Positions 25,604 to 37,359 of a stretch of 64,000 nucleotides of DNA are shown here, one piece after another. How positions within the stretch are numbered: the first letter of the stretch is position 1; each line of letters begins with the position of its first letter. Origin of the DNA: Trichoplax sp. H2 (lineage: Eukaryota); the NCBI GenBank assembly GCA_003344405.1, contig NOWV01000203.1, forward strand, positions 62,001-126,000, written 5' to 3'. The notes under the pieces are model-generated. The model worked only from the letters and a program-made list of their open reading frames with translations. It searched no databases and was not told the DNA's origin. Made by a program: the position numbers and the translations under genes.

Positions 25604-28273
25604 TTATTCGTCAGTGTAAGGATTGATTGATTGTATAAAGGGAAATTGTTTTTTCATTTTCTGTCGCGAGAAGAGTCCTCTATAATAACCCTGCTTCTTG
25701 CCATGTGGTTTTCCTTTCCAGTTTACACTATACGGCATTACTGATGGTCGCCTCAATATCAAACCAAGGCCATTCGGGGTATATGCTTTAATTTTAATTT
25801 CATCACCTAGGCCTGCAGTAATAGCAGCGAAACCTGCACTTGATAGGAGAATGTCTGCAGAACTGTACTTCCATCCATTATGGCACTTAAAAGTAAATTC
25901 TTTCCCTTGTAGTCTAGGAAATGATCTACCTTGATATTGTTTGTTTATATTGTTGGGTATCTAGATATACAATTATTAATTGAAGTATGAAATTGTATGT
26001 CATTGCAATTACATTGTAGGATCGCAAGGCTTCATCAGAGTAGTAGAAATTGAAAATTGAATAATCACTCTTCTGAAGTACCTTCAGTAATGAATAACCG
26101 AAATGTTTATCATAAATGTCATCTGCTTTCATCGTTTGACAAATATGTAAAGGTAGCTCACGGGAGGCAAAAAAGGTGAAATAGACTCGGCTTGGGCCCT
26201 AATTGGAAGGATGTCAATGAAAATAATATACAATTTTATAATAATGCTTATCTAAATAAAATGCATTTTCAACATTGAGCAGTAAGGAAAGATATAAGCA
26301 ATGACCAAGGCAAACCTCAATGTAATCTATACGACCTAACCCAGCCAAAAAAATACTTTGTGACGGTTGTAAGCGTAAAGTTCGTGGAGTAATACCACCT
26401 AAAGGCAAGACTTTCGAAAGGTCTCTCGTATTTAACAAATCGGTGTACTGCATGATTTAAACAAGAAACACCAACATCATTCAGCGTAGATCAGTGTACA
26501 GCAATAACTACCGAAAAATTTTGCCAGATATATTAGCATAACAAACCATATTCTGACTCATAGCTCCAGGCGTATCATAAAAAAATGGTCCTCGTTCGTC
26601 GCCTTCATGATTCCAACCAGTCAAGACTCCATCATGGGAAGCTAACATAATATCATCACCTTCTACAGTACTAATATCGCTCAGCTTCGATTCTTCATCA
26701 TGTTTACTGTCATCCAAATACGGTGATTCGTAAATATACTGATTCTTTAAGCCTACAAAGTAAAATTTAATAAGATCATATTTATTAACATTAAGTTAGT
26801 GCCTGGCAGACTTTATAGCTTTTTCTATTGTATAAGTATACATCTATTCTTGTCTGCTTGCGTTCGTATGTGCATTACCTCTAATTCTTCTTGGGGCCCT
26901 TCTACCTAGATTGTTGATTTTCTTTCGAATAGGGTACCTTAACAACCCAATTGTGGTACCAGGCCAAACCGAAATAGTTGGATACCTCATCAACGTTTTG
27001 GGCTTTCCATCATACAAGTAATCTAATAAAGATTTAAATAGGCTAGACTTGCCGACATTAGTACAGCCTAACAAAAAGATATCGCCATGAGGAGGTCTGT
27101 GCTGAAGGACTTTGTCAACAATTTCTTTGATGCCTTGATTTTTTCTAGCACTATTAGAATGTTGACATGAAACAATTATTCCTGATAGAAGAGATGGCTG
27201 TCTGTATAAAAGACTCAACAGCTATAATAAGCAAACGTGTACAAGAAACTAATGAGTGTGTTTACCTAACTAGACAAATATCTACCAGGTTACCCTCAGT
27301 TAATCCAGCATTTTTGCAACCTTCCCAGACCATAGTTTGAATGCGTTCTATATGTCCAGGGCCATCTTCTAAAAGGACATCCATCTTGTTTGCAATTAAA
27401 AGTATGGGTACTTTATACCCAATGATGTCTAATAGATTTGGAAAGATGCTACCAGGAAAATCAAAGATATCAACTACTAGCATGACAATACATTTATCCT
27501 TCGGAATCTTTTGTATATGATTTCTCCAATCATCTTCAGGTGCATTCATATTTAGAGCCTGATTATAATGATTTAAGCAAAAGCATCGTTGACAAATAAT
27601 AGACGATACTTGACTGGCAGGCACATCCACTAATTTACGCTGTAAAATATAGCCAAATTTATCTTCGTTTCGTGAGTGAAATATAGATCCACATCCAGGA
27701 CATCGTTTACCGTGAAGATCGACCAATTTTTCTGCATGATTAGGAGAGGTTTTGGCCTCGCTACTCGCATAGCGTACGCTAGCAACACCTTGGTTGCACC
27801 ATGTCGCAATTAAATGAACAGGCTTGAATACCTAAAATAGTCCAATATATCCTGTATTCAATTCGATTTCAAATGGCAGTCAAACAAAGTGCAATCCATT
27901 GGATCGCTATTTCATTGAATTTTTGAATAGATGGTATCAGGCTGATATGGAACACTGGTTATCCTATGCGTGATCTATGGAGGTATTGACTATTTAAGCT
28001 TGCAATGAAAAGCAACCTATCCCGATCATCCTGTCAGGTCAGCTATTACCGTCATCAAGTACTTACATCAACGCTAAGGTTACGAAACGACAGGCCGCAA
28101 GCGAAAGTGGTAAACCGTGGAAAGACAGAAGATGTGTAGAGCCGGTGCAAGTTGGCTGCTGCCGGAGTCCAAGCTGTCTTCGTCCGATACCAATTGCTTG
28201 AAGATTGAGCCCATCTTCTCCATAGAGGGATGCTATACTCACTCCATGCATGCCCTATACGATTCCTTAACAT
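25604..28273 (-). CDS. NOA1: Nitric oxide-associated protein 1 (mitochondrial circularly permuted YqeH-type GTPase), multi-exon
   Basis: CPGCG...CQRC zinc finger, VVDIFDFP, G4 NKMD, G1 GCTNVGKS, G2 PGTT, G3 YDTPG, FLAGLGRID and C-terminal AYTPNGLG. Exon 1 (28273-28067) resembles a presequence and splices in frame to 27831. Confidence 0.9.
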
Positions 28274-28339
28274 GATCTGAGATATTGTTGAAGCAAATAG
28301 CAGTTGTTAATCCCGTTGGCTAGATACAGCTCAAGGCTA

Positions 28340-28570
28340 CTGCCAGCACAATTCCGCCATCTTTTGCAACTTTCTGCAGCTGATAGCTTTTTCCTTTAGC
28401 TCTACAGTATTCAGAATCTGTCCTTGATGGTACTGTATACTGTGCACTGTGACGTCACCGTAACGTCATTGGATCAGAGACGACATTACTACAGTGTACA
28501 GTGTACAGTACACGCTATGTGTGTGCTACTGTACTGTAACAAAGTATTGTACACTAGTCCCTGATTGGAC
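28340..28570. promoter_or_regulatory. Probable NOA1 promoter: YY1-like CCGCCATCTT (28354-28363), CRE palindrome TGACGTCA (28450-28457), CCAAT boxes
   Basis: Consensus matches clustered 80-300 bp upstream of the ATG. No functional data. Confidence 0.45.
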
Positions 28571-29373
28571 AGCAACCTATCCAGCGCGGAACGGTACAAT
28601 CGTACCGTGGTCCTCATCGGTCCGATCAAGGTTGTTGGCCCATGGGAGCTAACTATGTCTCGCTTTTCAGTCGTAGTCTGCGGTTTATTTGCTATTTTTT
28701 TTATTTGTAGGCACTGAACGGCCATTTCAGATGCCTTGAGGATAAGTGACCATGGAGTAGCATGGACTACGAGAGATGACTACTAAATGATAGGGACAAG
28801 AATCTCGAAATACTTGTAGAATACTTCTATTCGTTACCATATCGTTAAAGCAATGGCTCCATTTTGTACTTTGCTTAACTACACCATCTACTTATGTTGA
28901 AGATGGGTTGCTTTTACCCATTAGTACTATTCTATTGAAATCTATTCTATTCCACTATTGTAAGTTCTGCTTGGAAACAGTTCTATCAATTCATGAATGT
29001 TCTTCAATGAGTAGAAATGATTGAAGAAAAATAGACATACAAGATCCATACTAACTACTGTACACTGTACTACAGAGTAACTCAACTACTGTCATGATCG
29101 AATTCTGCGACATTTTGACTTCATTTGGTGTCAAAATAGTCCGTCTGTCTGAGTGTTTCCTATCACTGTCCAGTGTCGACTGTACAGTAGGCCCAGCCAT
29201 AATAACTCCGATTACTCAGATACTCAGCGTAAATACTGTACAGTACTGTCTTATACAGTGTTGTACACTGTACAGTGGATACGGATACAGCGCTCGCTTA
29301 GCTAAACCAGTATTCTAAAATGACAAGTCTTCTGTCTGTCTGAGATTATACAGTACTAACTCCATCGCTAGGC

Positions 29374-30225
29374 TATACAGTACTGCAAACTGGATCGTGC
29401 AGTGACATCAAGGTTTTGTATAGGCTTTTGCACTACTGTACGGCACTATGCAAGACTCTACGAGGAACTGATGCCACTTTTCACTGGAAGAAGATATAGT
29501 TCATAATCAGCAGTGTAGTAGACAAGTATATTTCTCGAGTAGCTCATAATGTCGTGTACAGCGTCTACAAAGCAGCAATAAGGTGACATTTATTGCAGTA
29601 CTGTACAGTACAGTATACTGTACTGTACTGTACAGTACATTTATTTTACTAGACTGTACTGTACACTGTACAGTTCTGTAAACTGGATCGTGGAGTGACA
29701 TCAAGGTTTTGTATAGGCTATTGTACTGTACGGCACTATCCAAGACTCTACGAGTAACTGATGTCACTTTTCACTCTTAAGAATAGCGTCTACAAACAGG
29801 CAATAGGGTGACATTTATTTTACTATACAGTACTGTAAACTGGATCGTAGAGTGACATCAAGGTTTTGTAAGTAATGGCTTTTGCACTACTGTACGGCAC
29901 TATCCAAGACTCTACGAGTAACTGATGTCACTTTTCACTCTTAAGAATAGCCTATACTAAGCAGCAATAGGGTGACATTTATTTTAGTATACCTTTATTT
30001 TACTATACAGTACTGTTAACTGGATAGTGGAGTGACATCAAGGTTTTGTATAGGCTTTTGCACTATTGTACGGCACTATGCAAGACTCTACGAGTAGCTG
30101 ATGTCACTTTTCACTGGAAGAAGACATAGTTCATAATCAGCAGTGTAGTAGACAAGTATATTTCTCGAGTAGCTCATAATGCCGTGTATAGCGCCTACAA
30201 AGCAGCAATAAGGTGACATTTATTT
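29374..30225. repeat. Tandem array of four related units (long-short-short-long), each with an internal inverted repeat
   Basis: AGTGACATCA...TGATG(T/C)CACT at 29401-29478, 29694-29768, 29851-29932 and 30031-30108. Confidence 0.9.
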
Positions 30226-30389
30226 ATTTTAGTCCAAGAGCTTCCCCTTCAGGACCTTCCACTGTACAGTGTACAGTGTACAGTGTACAGTACATGGTGC
30301 ACTGTACTGTAGACTCAAAACGTTCCTCTCACACGTAAACGTAATCGCAATTGAAAAGTTGAAAGTGCGCAAACGCGAATCCTGCAAAC

Positions 30390-33300
30390 ATGGCGGACAA
30401 AGACACTGATGCTAATCCTCTATCATCTTTTTCTAATGATGGGAGTCATGCTGCTACCGTACCTTTCCTTCTTTGCCCTCCTACAGAAGATATAAGCTTA
30501 AGCCAACAGACTACGTCTCAAAGTGATCAAACACTTTCTTCTTATAGGAAAGAAGAAGCATCGACTAACTCCGATTTAGCGAATGCAAGCGTCGCAGGTT
30601 AGCACTGTTTGTCTTCAACATTCCTCTGTCGAATTGGCTTTGAATATTGAATTGATCTCACATATCCCATACACTACTGTGATGGTTGTATAGAATGACT
30701 ATTCTACACTATTCTCAACATGCTATAAATTATGTCTCGTGAAAGACAAGATAGATACATCCAATGTTTCTAGTGGTCTATTCTTGAGCCTTCTCCCAAT
30801 TCTACTCTGTATAGTCAGGACAGTCTTAAGAGTGCTCAGTTGGACCAATAAGGTAGTTTTCATATCGCAAGTAGATAGCACTGCAACGAAGCGAATGCTT
30901 CCAATAAATCCTGAATTCATCACCAGAAATATCTCTTCAGTAACTGATCGTGTAGCATTGGCTATACAATTCATATCTGATCATTTTATCCAGTAATCCT
31001 ACAACGACAGTATCGGCTTTCCGGTCATGTTCATGGCAGCACAAGAATAATTCTTCCTATTGAACTCTGACTGGAATATTGATACTTTACTTTCATTTCA
31101 TCATTAGCCTATACTGAAAAAGTACTGGTAGCTTGAATAGAATAGAATATACTGTATACGAATAGTAAGAGCATGTTAAGTAGTACCATGACCTTAATAT
31201 CTTGCATGACAGTAGATCAATATTTTAATACTTTTGCTGCCTAATGTGTATTTGAAATGAAAATGAGGAATGAAACAATTGAAGCGTATTTCATATACAT
31301 GTATATTACCATCCTCGCAATCGTTGCTTTCTGATTTATATATAACTTGTAACTTCATTGTAGATATTCCTGTAGAAGCGTTTGTTGGACAAGACGATAG
31401 CTTTGGGCAGTCCAAAAAGGCCTATTTACCATCTACAGAAGCTACATATTCCGGTGGTAACACAGGGCCACCTCCTCCTACTGCAAGTCTAAGCAATTTT
31501 AGGCAGGATCCAAACAAGCAACGATATCAACAAGTTCCAACATACCAGCCTGGTAGCTCTCAATCAGCCCAGGTACCTTTATATAACATGGCTGGGCCGG
31601 TGCCGCCAGCAAATACGTCAGCTAATCCATCACAGCACTTACCTCAACAACAGACTACGCAAATTTTTCACCCTGAAACAAATACCAATGTTGATACTCG
31701 TTATGACTTCCCAGTCAATAATAGTAATGATCCCCTACAACAACAACAACAACAATATCAACAGGAATATGATTCTCACCAAACAGCTTCGATGCAAGCG
31801 ATGCAGCAACAGCAGCAACATTTCCCTTACGGTGGCGAACTACAACCTATGGTAGCGCACTGGTTCTACAAGCGAGAAGACGGCGCGTGGGTGCCCTTTA
31901 CTAGGATCGATTCCGGTCGTATTGAGGAGCACTATATAAATAATACTCAAGGTGTAGTTACGACAGATGGTGGAAGATTCGATGTCGATGTTAAACAACG
32001 TATAAGATACCCTATATACTGGAATGGTTCTAATGTAGAAGTTAGGCGTGGTACTTGGTTTTATAGAAGTGATCAAAATTCCTATTTAATTCCCTATGAA
32101 GAAACTGTCTCTGAGAAACTTGAAGTAATTATGAGCTATTGCTTACTTTGTTGATTATACAGCAGTTTTGAGCAACAATGAGATAAGTATTTGAGTACAT
32201 GATTGCATTCCATCATTATATTATTGATAGGCGTTATTTCATAACTGCATCAATGAAAACCGATGGCAGCAATCACTACCATTAGATGGAGGAGAGAGTG
32301 TTGTAATCCACAGTCCTACAGTTATGATCCATATGAGACCCAATAATGTATGGAATCAAGAGGAGTCGACTTTGAGGCCGCGTGCTGTGAAGAGGAGTGT
32401 TGCCGATATATACTATCAACTGCCTGAAGGTTCGGGTTATGCTACTGATAAACCTATATGCTTATATTACACTTGTTTTAATAAGAACGGAAATTATATT
32501 ATGCTACTGCTGTCCTTTCTAATCTCTTTCCCTAATATACCGTATTCTAGGTGAAAAGGATCAGATTGATCATTTAATTTTGGTCATTCATGGTATTGGT
32601 CAGTTTGCTGACTTTCAACTGCGTGATATAGTAGCTTGTGGTAAGTAGAACTATCATGATGCAATAATTGTTCTCTATTATGGCAGTATTTTAAATGCAA
32701 TCAGAGCTTCTGTATGTGCCAATTTCTTGCATATTATTTACATACGAGATATTTCGTTTGCTTGTTTATACTGAAATGTGTATCTTATTTTGAATTGTAC
32801 CATTTCTTACGAAATATAACATTTTAATAATAATACCAAATTACTTTTTATTCGTCATATAATCCTTTCAGTTGAAGATTTAAGAAATAATGGTATCAAT
32901 CTGCAGCAAACACATGCGAGCTTTGAAAACAATCGTGCCGGGCGAGTTGAATTTCTACCAATTATATGGAGATATGCCTTACACGGAGACGATAATGGAG
33001 TCGATAGGTAGTTTATTTTCTTTGGATTAGTTTTTGCTAACTTAAAATTCTTAGCCTATTGACGAGAATCTAAAAATTTCTATACGATTAATTTAGCGCA
33101 ATGAAAGACATCACCTTGCCAAGCATAACAAGGATGAGAAATTTTACGAATGAAAATTTGTTAGATATTCTGTTCTATACCAGTCCTGTTTACTGCCAAG
33201 CAATAGTAAATTATGTCACTCAAGAAATGAATAGAATATATAAATTGTTCAGGGAACGCAATCCTAATTTTGTTGGCCAGGTCTCTATTTCCGGCCATAG

Positions 33301-35652
33301 TCTCGGTATGTTAGAAGGCTTGTCAATTTTTGCTAATCATATTATATACTACTTCAGTAGTATTAATATATATAATATATCTAATTATTATTTCAAAATG
33401 ATGCACATTTGTCGTCGTAGGTTCATGTATAGCTTTTGATCTACTAAGGCATCAGGTAAATTGTTACATTGATAATTTTGTTTGCTTTAAATAACAAGAC
33501 AACTTATGTGACGCTTAACTGTTTTTTTATTATTGAGCTATTACGTAATCTAATCCTCGATAGGGTGATGTGCAACAAATGATAAATCAAAGTTCTACTG
33601 TAACTGGACATAAATCTGAGACTGCAAGATCATTTAGGTAGCGATCAATTAGCAGCTTGATCTATGTTGAATTTGTAAATATGTCACGATTGTCACTAAA
33701 ATAATATTCTAAATATTTATTCATAGCAGCAAAAGTGAAAACGAACTAGTTTCTGCCGATAGCGCATCGGAAAAATCCGAAGTAAGTAGTCTTGTTGGTG
33801 AAGAAACAAATAAACTATCTGACAAAGAGGAGGAGGAAAAAGAAAGTATATCTACAGTTTTAGCGCAGTTAAACCTAAGTGCTCATACAGAAACATTTGA
33901 AAACGAGCAAATCGACCTGGACGCATTGGTAAGGCAAATAAGTGATATTTCAGATTTAATGCAATTTTAGATGTACTATTTGTTTTCTTAAATCCAGTGA
34001 ATCTATTTGGTAGGTTATGTGTAGCGAATCAGACTTGAAGGATTTAGGATTACCGCTAGGTCATCGAAAAAAATTATCTAATTACATAAAAAAGACTTTA
34101 GAAGAGGTTAGTACAGTAAAGTAATTGTACAGAAATATTACGGAGTTAATGTTAAAGTAGTTGCTTTCCAGTTGTCGAAATTAATATGCATTATCTTTAG
34201 AAAAGTAAACAAGAAGCAGCAGCAGCAGAAGCGGCAAAAAAAAAGGAAGCGAAAAAATCTGCTGTGTCGACTATGCAAGTATCGGAAAATGAACCAAGCA
34301 TAAATTTATCGGAGAGTATCGATTTGTCTAGGCAAGGATTAGCCTCTCACAACGCGAACGTTGAAAGACTTACTTATCAGAAAGGTGTAGCTGGTACAGG
34401 TCAACCTTACGTCAATTATCCGCGCCTTGATTTTCGTCAAGCAAATTTCTTCGCCTTAGGTTCTCCTATAGGATTGTTTCTTATTGTCCGGTTAGTGCAA
34501 CACCTTATTCCCATCAATAGCAAAGTTATCTTCGAATTGTCATTTCAATTAGGCGTTTGCCAAGATTTGCTTTATACATAATATGATATCGCCCGAATTA
34601 CAGAGGCATCGACAATATTGACGAAAAATACAAACTACCAACTTGTTCAAGATTCTACAATGTCTTCCATCCGGTAATTCTTTCAAATTTTAAAGTACCT
34701 AAATTTACGATTGCTGTAATAAATACGCTACTAGCTAATATTATACTTTAATTTTGAAATAATTATTTCCCTACGAAAACGAAACAGTACGATCCAGTGG
34801 TAAGTTGTCTATTGCCAGATTTTCAATCAAATATTTTTTCATGACTCTAAAAGTAGCTTACGTGCTGATTGTATCACAAAGGCTTATCGTATCGAACCAA
34901 TTATCGAAGAAACTGCAAGAGATATCCTTCCAGTTATGATGGAGCATCATAAGGGCCGGAAACGCTTTCATTTAGGTATCATTCCTTGTCTCAGTCTACG
35001 CTATAAGAATGTCGTTTATAAATTTGTCTCTAATGTAATTTATGTCATCTACAGAACTCAAAGACAATTTAACCAAAATGGGTAAAAATTTTAAACGAAA
35101 TATAATTAGTTCTGTGCAAAGTACAATCACAGCAATACAAGATTTTGCTCGTGCTCATACCGGTACTAAGAAGGAGGAAGGATCTGATCTAACCGAACAT
35201 GAAAGTGAAATGCAGCAATTGTCAGAACTAATTGATACTAAAGGTGATATTGGAATGGTGCATTTATTATATTGGGCTATAATATACAAAAGTATTTTAG
35301 TTGATATTGTGCCATGACAGTTAACACTCACTACCTGTTTGCTTGTAATAGATCAAATAGAAGATAATGTTGAAATTGGCCAATTAAACGAAGGCAATCG
35401 CATTGATTATGTTTTGCAAGAAGCTCCGCTTGAAAGTTTAAATGAATATCTTTTCGCATTATCAAGCCACTGCTGCTATTGGTAGGCTATTTACATAACC
35501 GTTGTTTCTATAGCTTGTAATCACTACTTAGTTTACTGTACCACGACTAATGATAACATCTGCATTGCAGGACATCCGAAGATACCGCCTTCTTTATCTT
35601 GCGAAAATTGTATAGTCGCTCTGAATTAGAACCGAGTTCTCCAACTTTCTAA
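30390..35652 (+). CDS. DDHD-domain intracellular phospholipase A1 (DDHD2/SEC23IP-like), multi-exon
   Basis: Pro/Gln-rich N-terminus, WWE domain ([14 protein letters not shown]), VIHGIG, lipase GHSLG, SAM domain ([15 protein letters not shown]) and DDHD domain ([35 protein letters not shown]). Confidence 0.92.
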
Positions 35653-37359
35653 GCAGTTAAATGAATTGAATGTATGATTTAATTGATATTGCAAATTTAT
35701 ATTAAGTTCATGAATTAAGAGTGATACATTGGTAATTAATTAATTGAGGCTATATGAAAACTATTTTTACTTATGTTATTCTATCACCCAAGATAGTATT
35801 TAGCACCGATTATTTAGTTGTAGACTTTAGCTGAAACAGTTTAGCTTGATAAAGCTAGCATCAAGTGATTAATTTGTGATATCAAATATACTTATAATCG
35901 GTAACAATTTATCTTTCACACAAGATCATACGAGTATTTATCATCTAAGCAACATGACTAAACTTGCCACTTCATTTTCAACATCAATCGCATGAAAGAC
36001 GACTGCTCATTATGGTTTAAAGTGTCTCTGTTACAAAGCAGCACTTTTTATTTTGGATCAATCGCAATTTTACTTACGCACCCAACAACATGCGTTATTC
36101 TTGTTGAAGATATTAAGTGTTATTTGTATAGTATACAATGTTTATCATCATTAGACGTACTGTTATGTTGCTGTTGCCCATTGTTGAGACTAGGCGAATA
36201 AAATGTGCGCCCTCAGGAATTAATTTGAGTTTGAATAACCCCCTCCTAGGTAAAGGAATATCTCTTGTTAGTGCGGAGTGGAGCATTCTAAAAAATTTTC
36301 TTTTACATTGCATATCAGTCGTATAAATATCAATCTTAGGACAATTATTCTGTATACAGATATCTTGAACTAAATATACTTCAAAGTTTATTGGATAGTC
36401 GTGATCAGAACCGGTCCGTAATTTCTTCACGAACTACAAATATATTCAGAGGCTTACGAATATGGCAAAATTTCATTACGCCTATCGATATCTATCCTGA
36501 TTTGATCGTCACAATACTCTTATACAGTTAATAGCACACGTACTCACGAGTTTCTCGAAAATTGTAGACACTATAAATGGTATACAGTACACTGTAATTG
36601 ATAGTTAAATGTCGATGTATCAGAGATTCTTTCCTATTATTATCGCATACACATCTCTAAGCGAAATGCTTTATGTATATTTGAAACAGCCAAAGTGAAA
36701 TTTTTAATTTTGATCCAATGCATTTTGTGTCATTAATAATTATAAATCATTAATCACACTTGACTACTTTAGGGTTTAAAGTCAGTCCACCATTCATTCG
36801 AGCTAAGTTATCTAAAACGGCCGTATTACACACGCAGTTGTACATATTTATTTGAGATTTTACTCGATCTAGGTATTTTAATCAAGCTTCTAAAATACAT
36901 TATTATTAAAGAGGTCAAGTAGCAAAGAAAATCAAGGCATTAGAACCTTATATTATAACGCACAGAATAGCTGAAGACTTACTATACAACTCAAAAGAGT
37001 ATCACGATTTACAGTGGTTCTATGCCATATATATTACACTTGAATTTTTGTAAGAGTACGATACATTCTATCGGTAATAACTAATGTAATCCCTGCAATA
37101 AATACATATTTTGCACAATATTTTGGTATTGAAAAATCTATGGGTATTTCATTACCTTACACCAACTATGTAATCTAAGTATTGTAATTAGTAAATATAC
37201 AATTTTAACTTAAGAAAACGGCTTCTACTGCGCAGTTTTCAATAATGAGTATACATGTAAAATCAAAGTAATAAATTTATATATGATCTTGAAATAAATA
37301 ATTATAGTCATATATCGTATATATGTTAAGAGTAATCTTAATAATATTGCGGAAGAATA

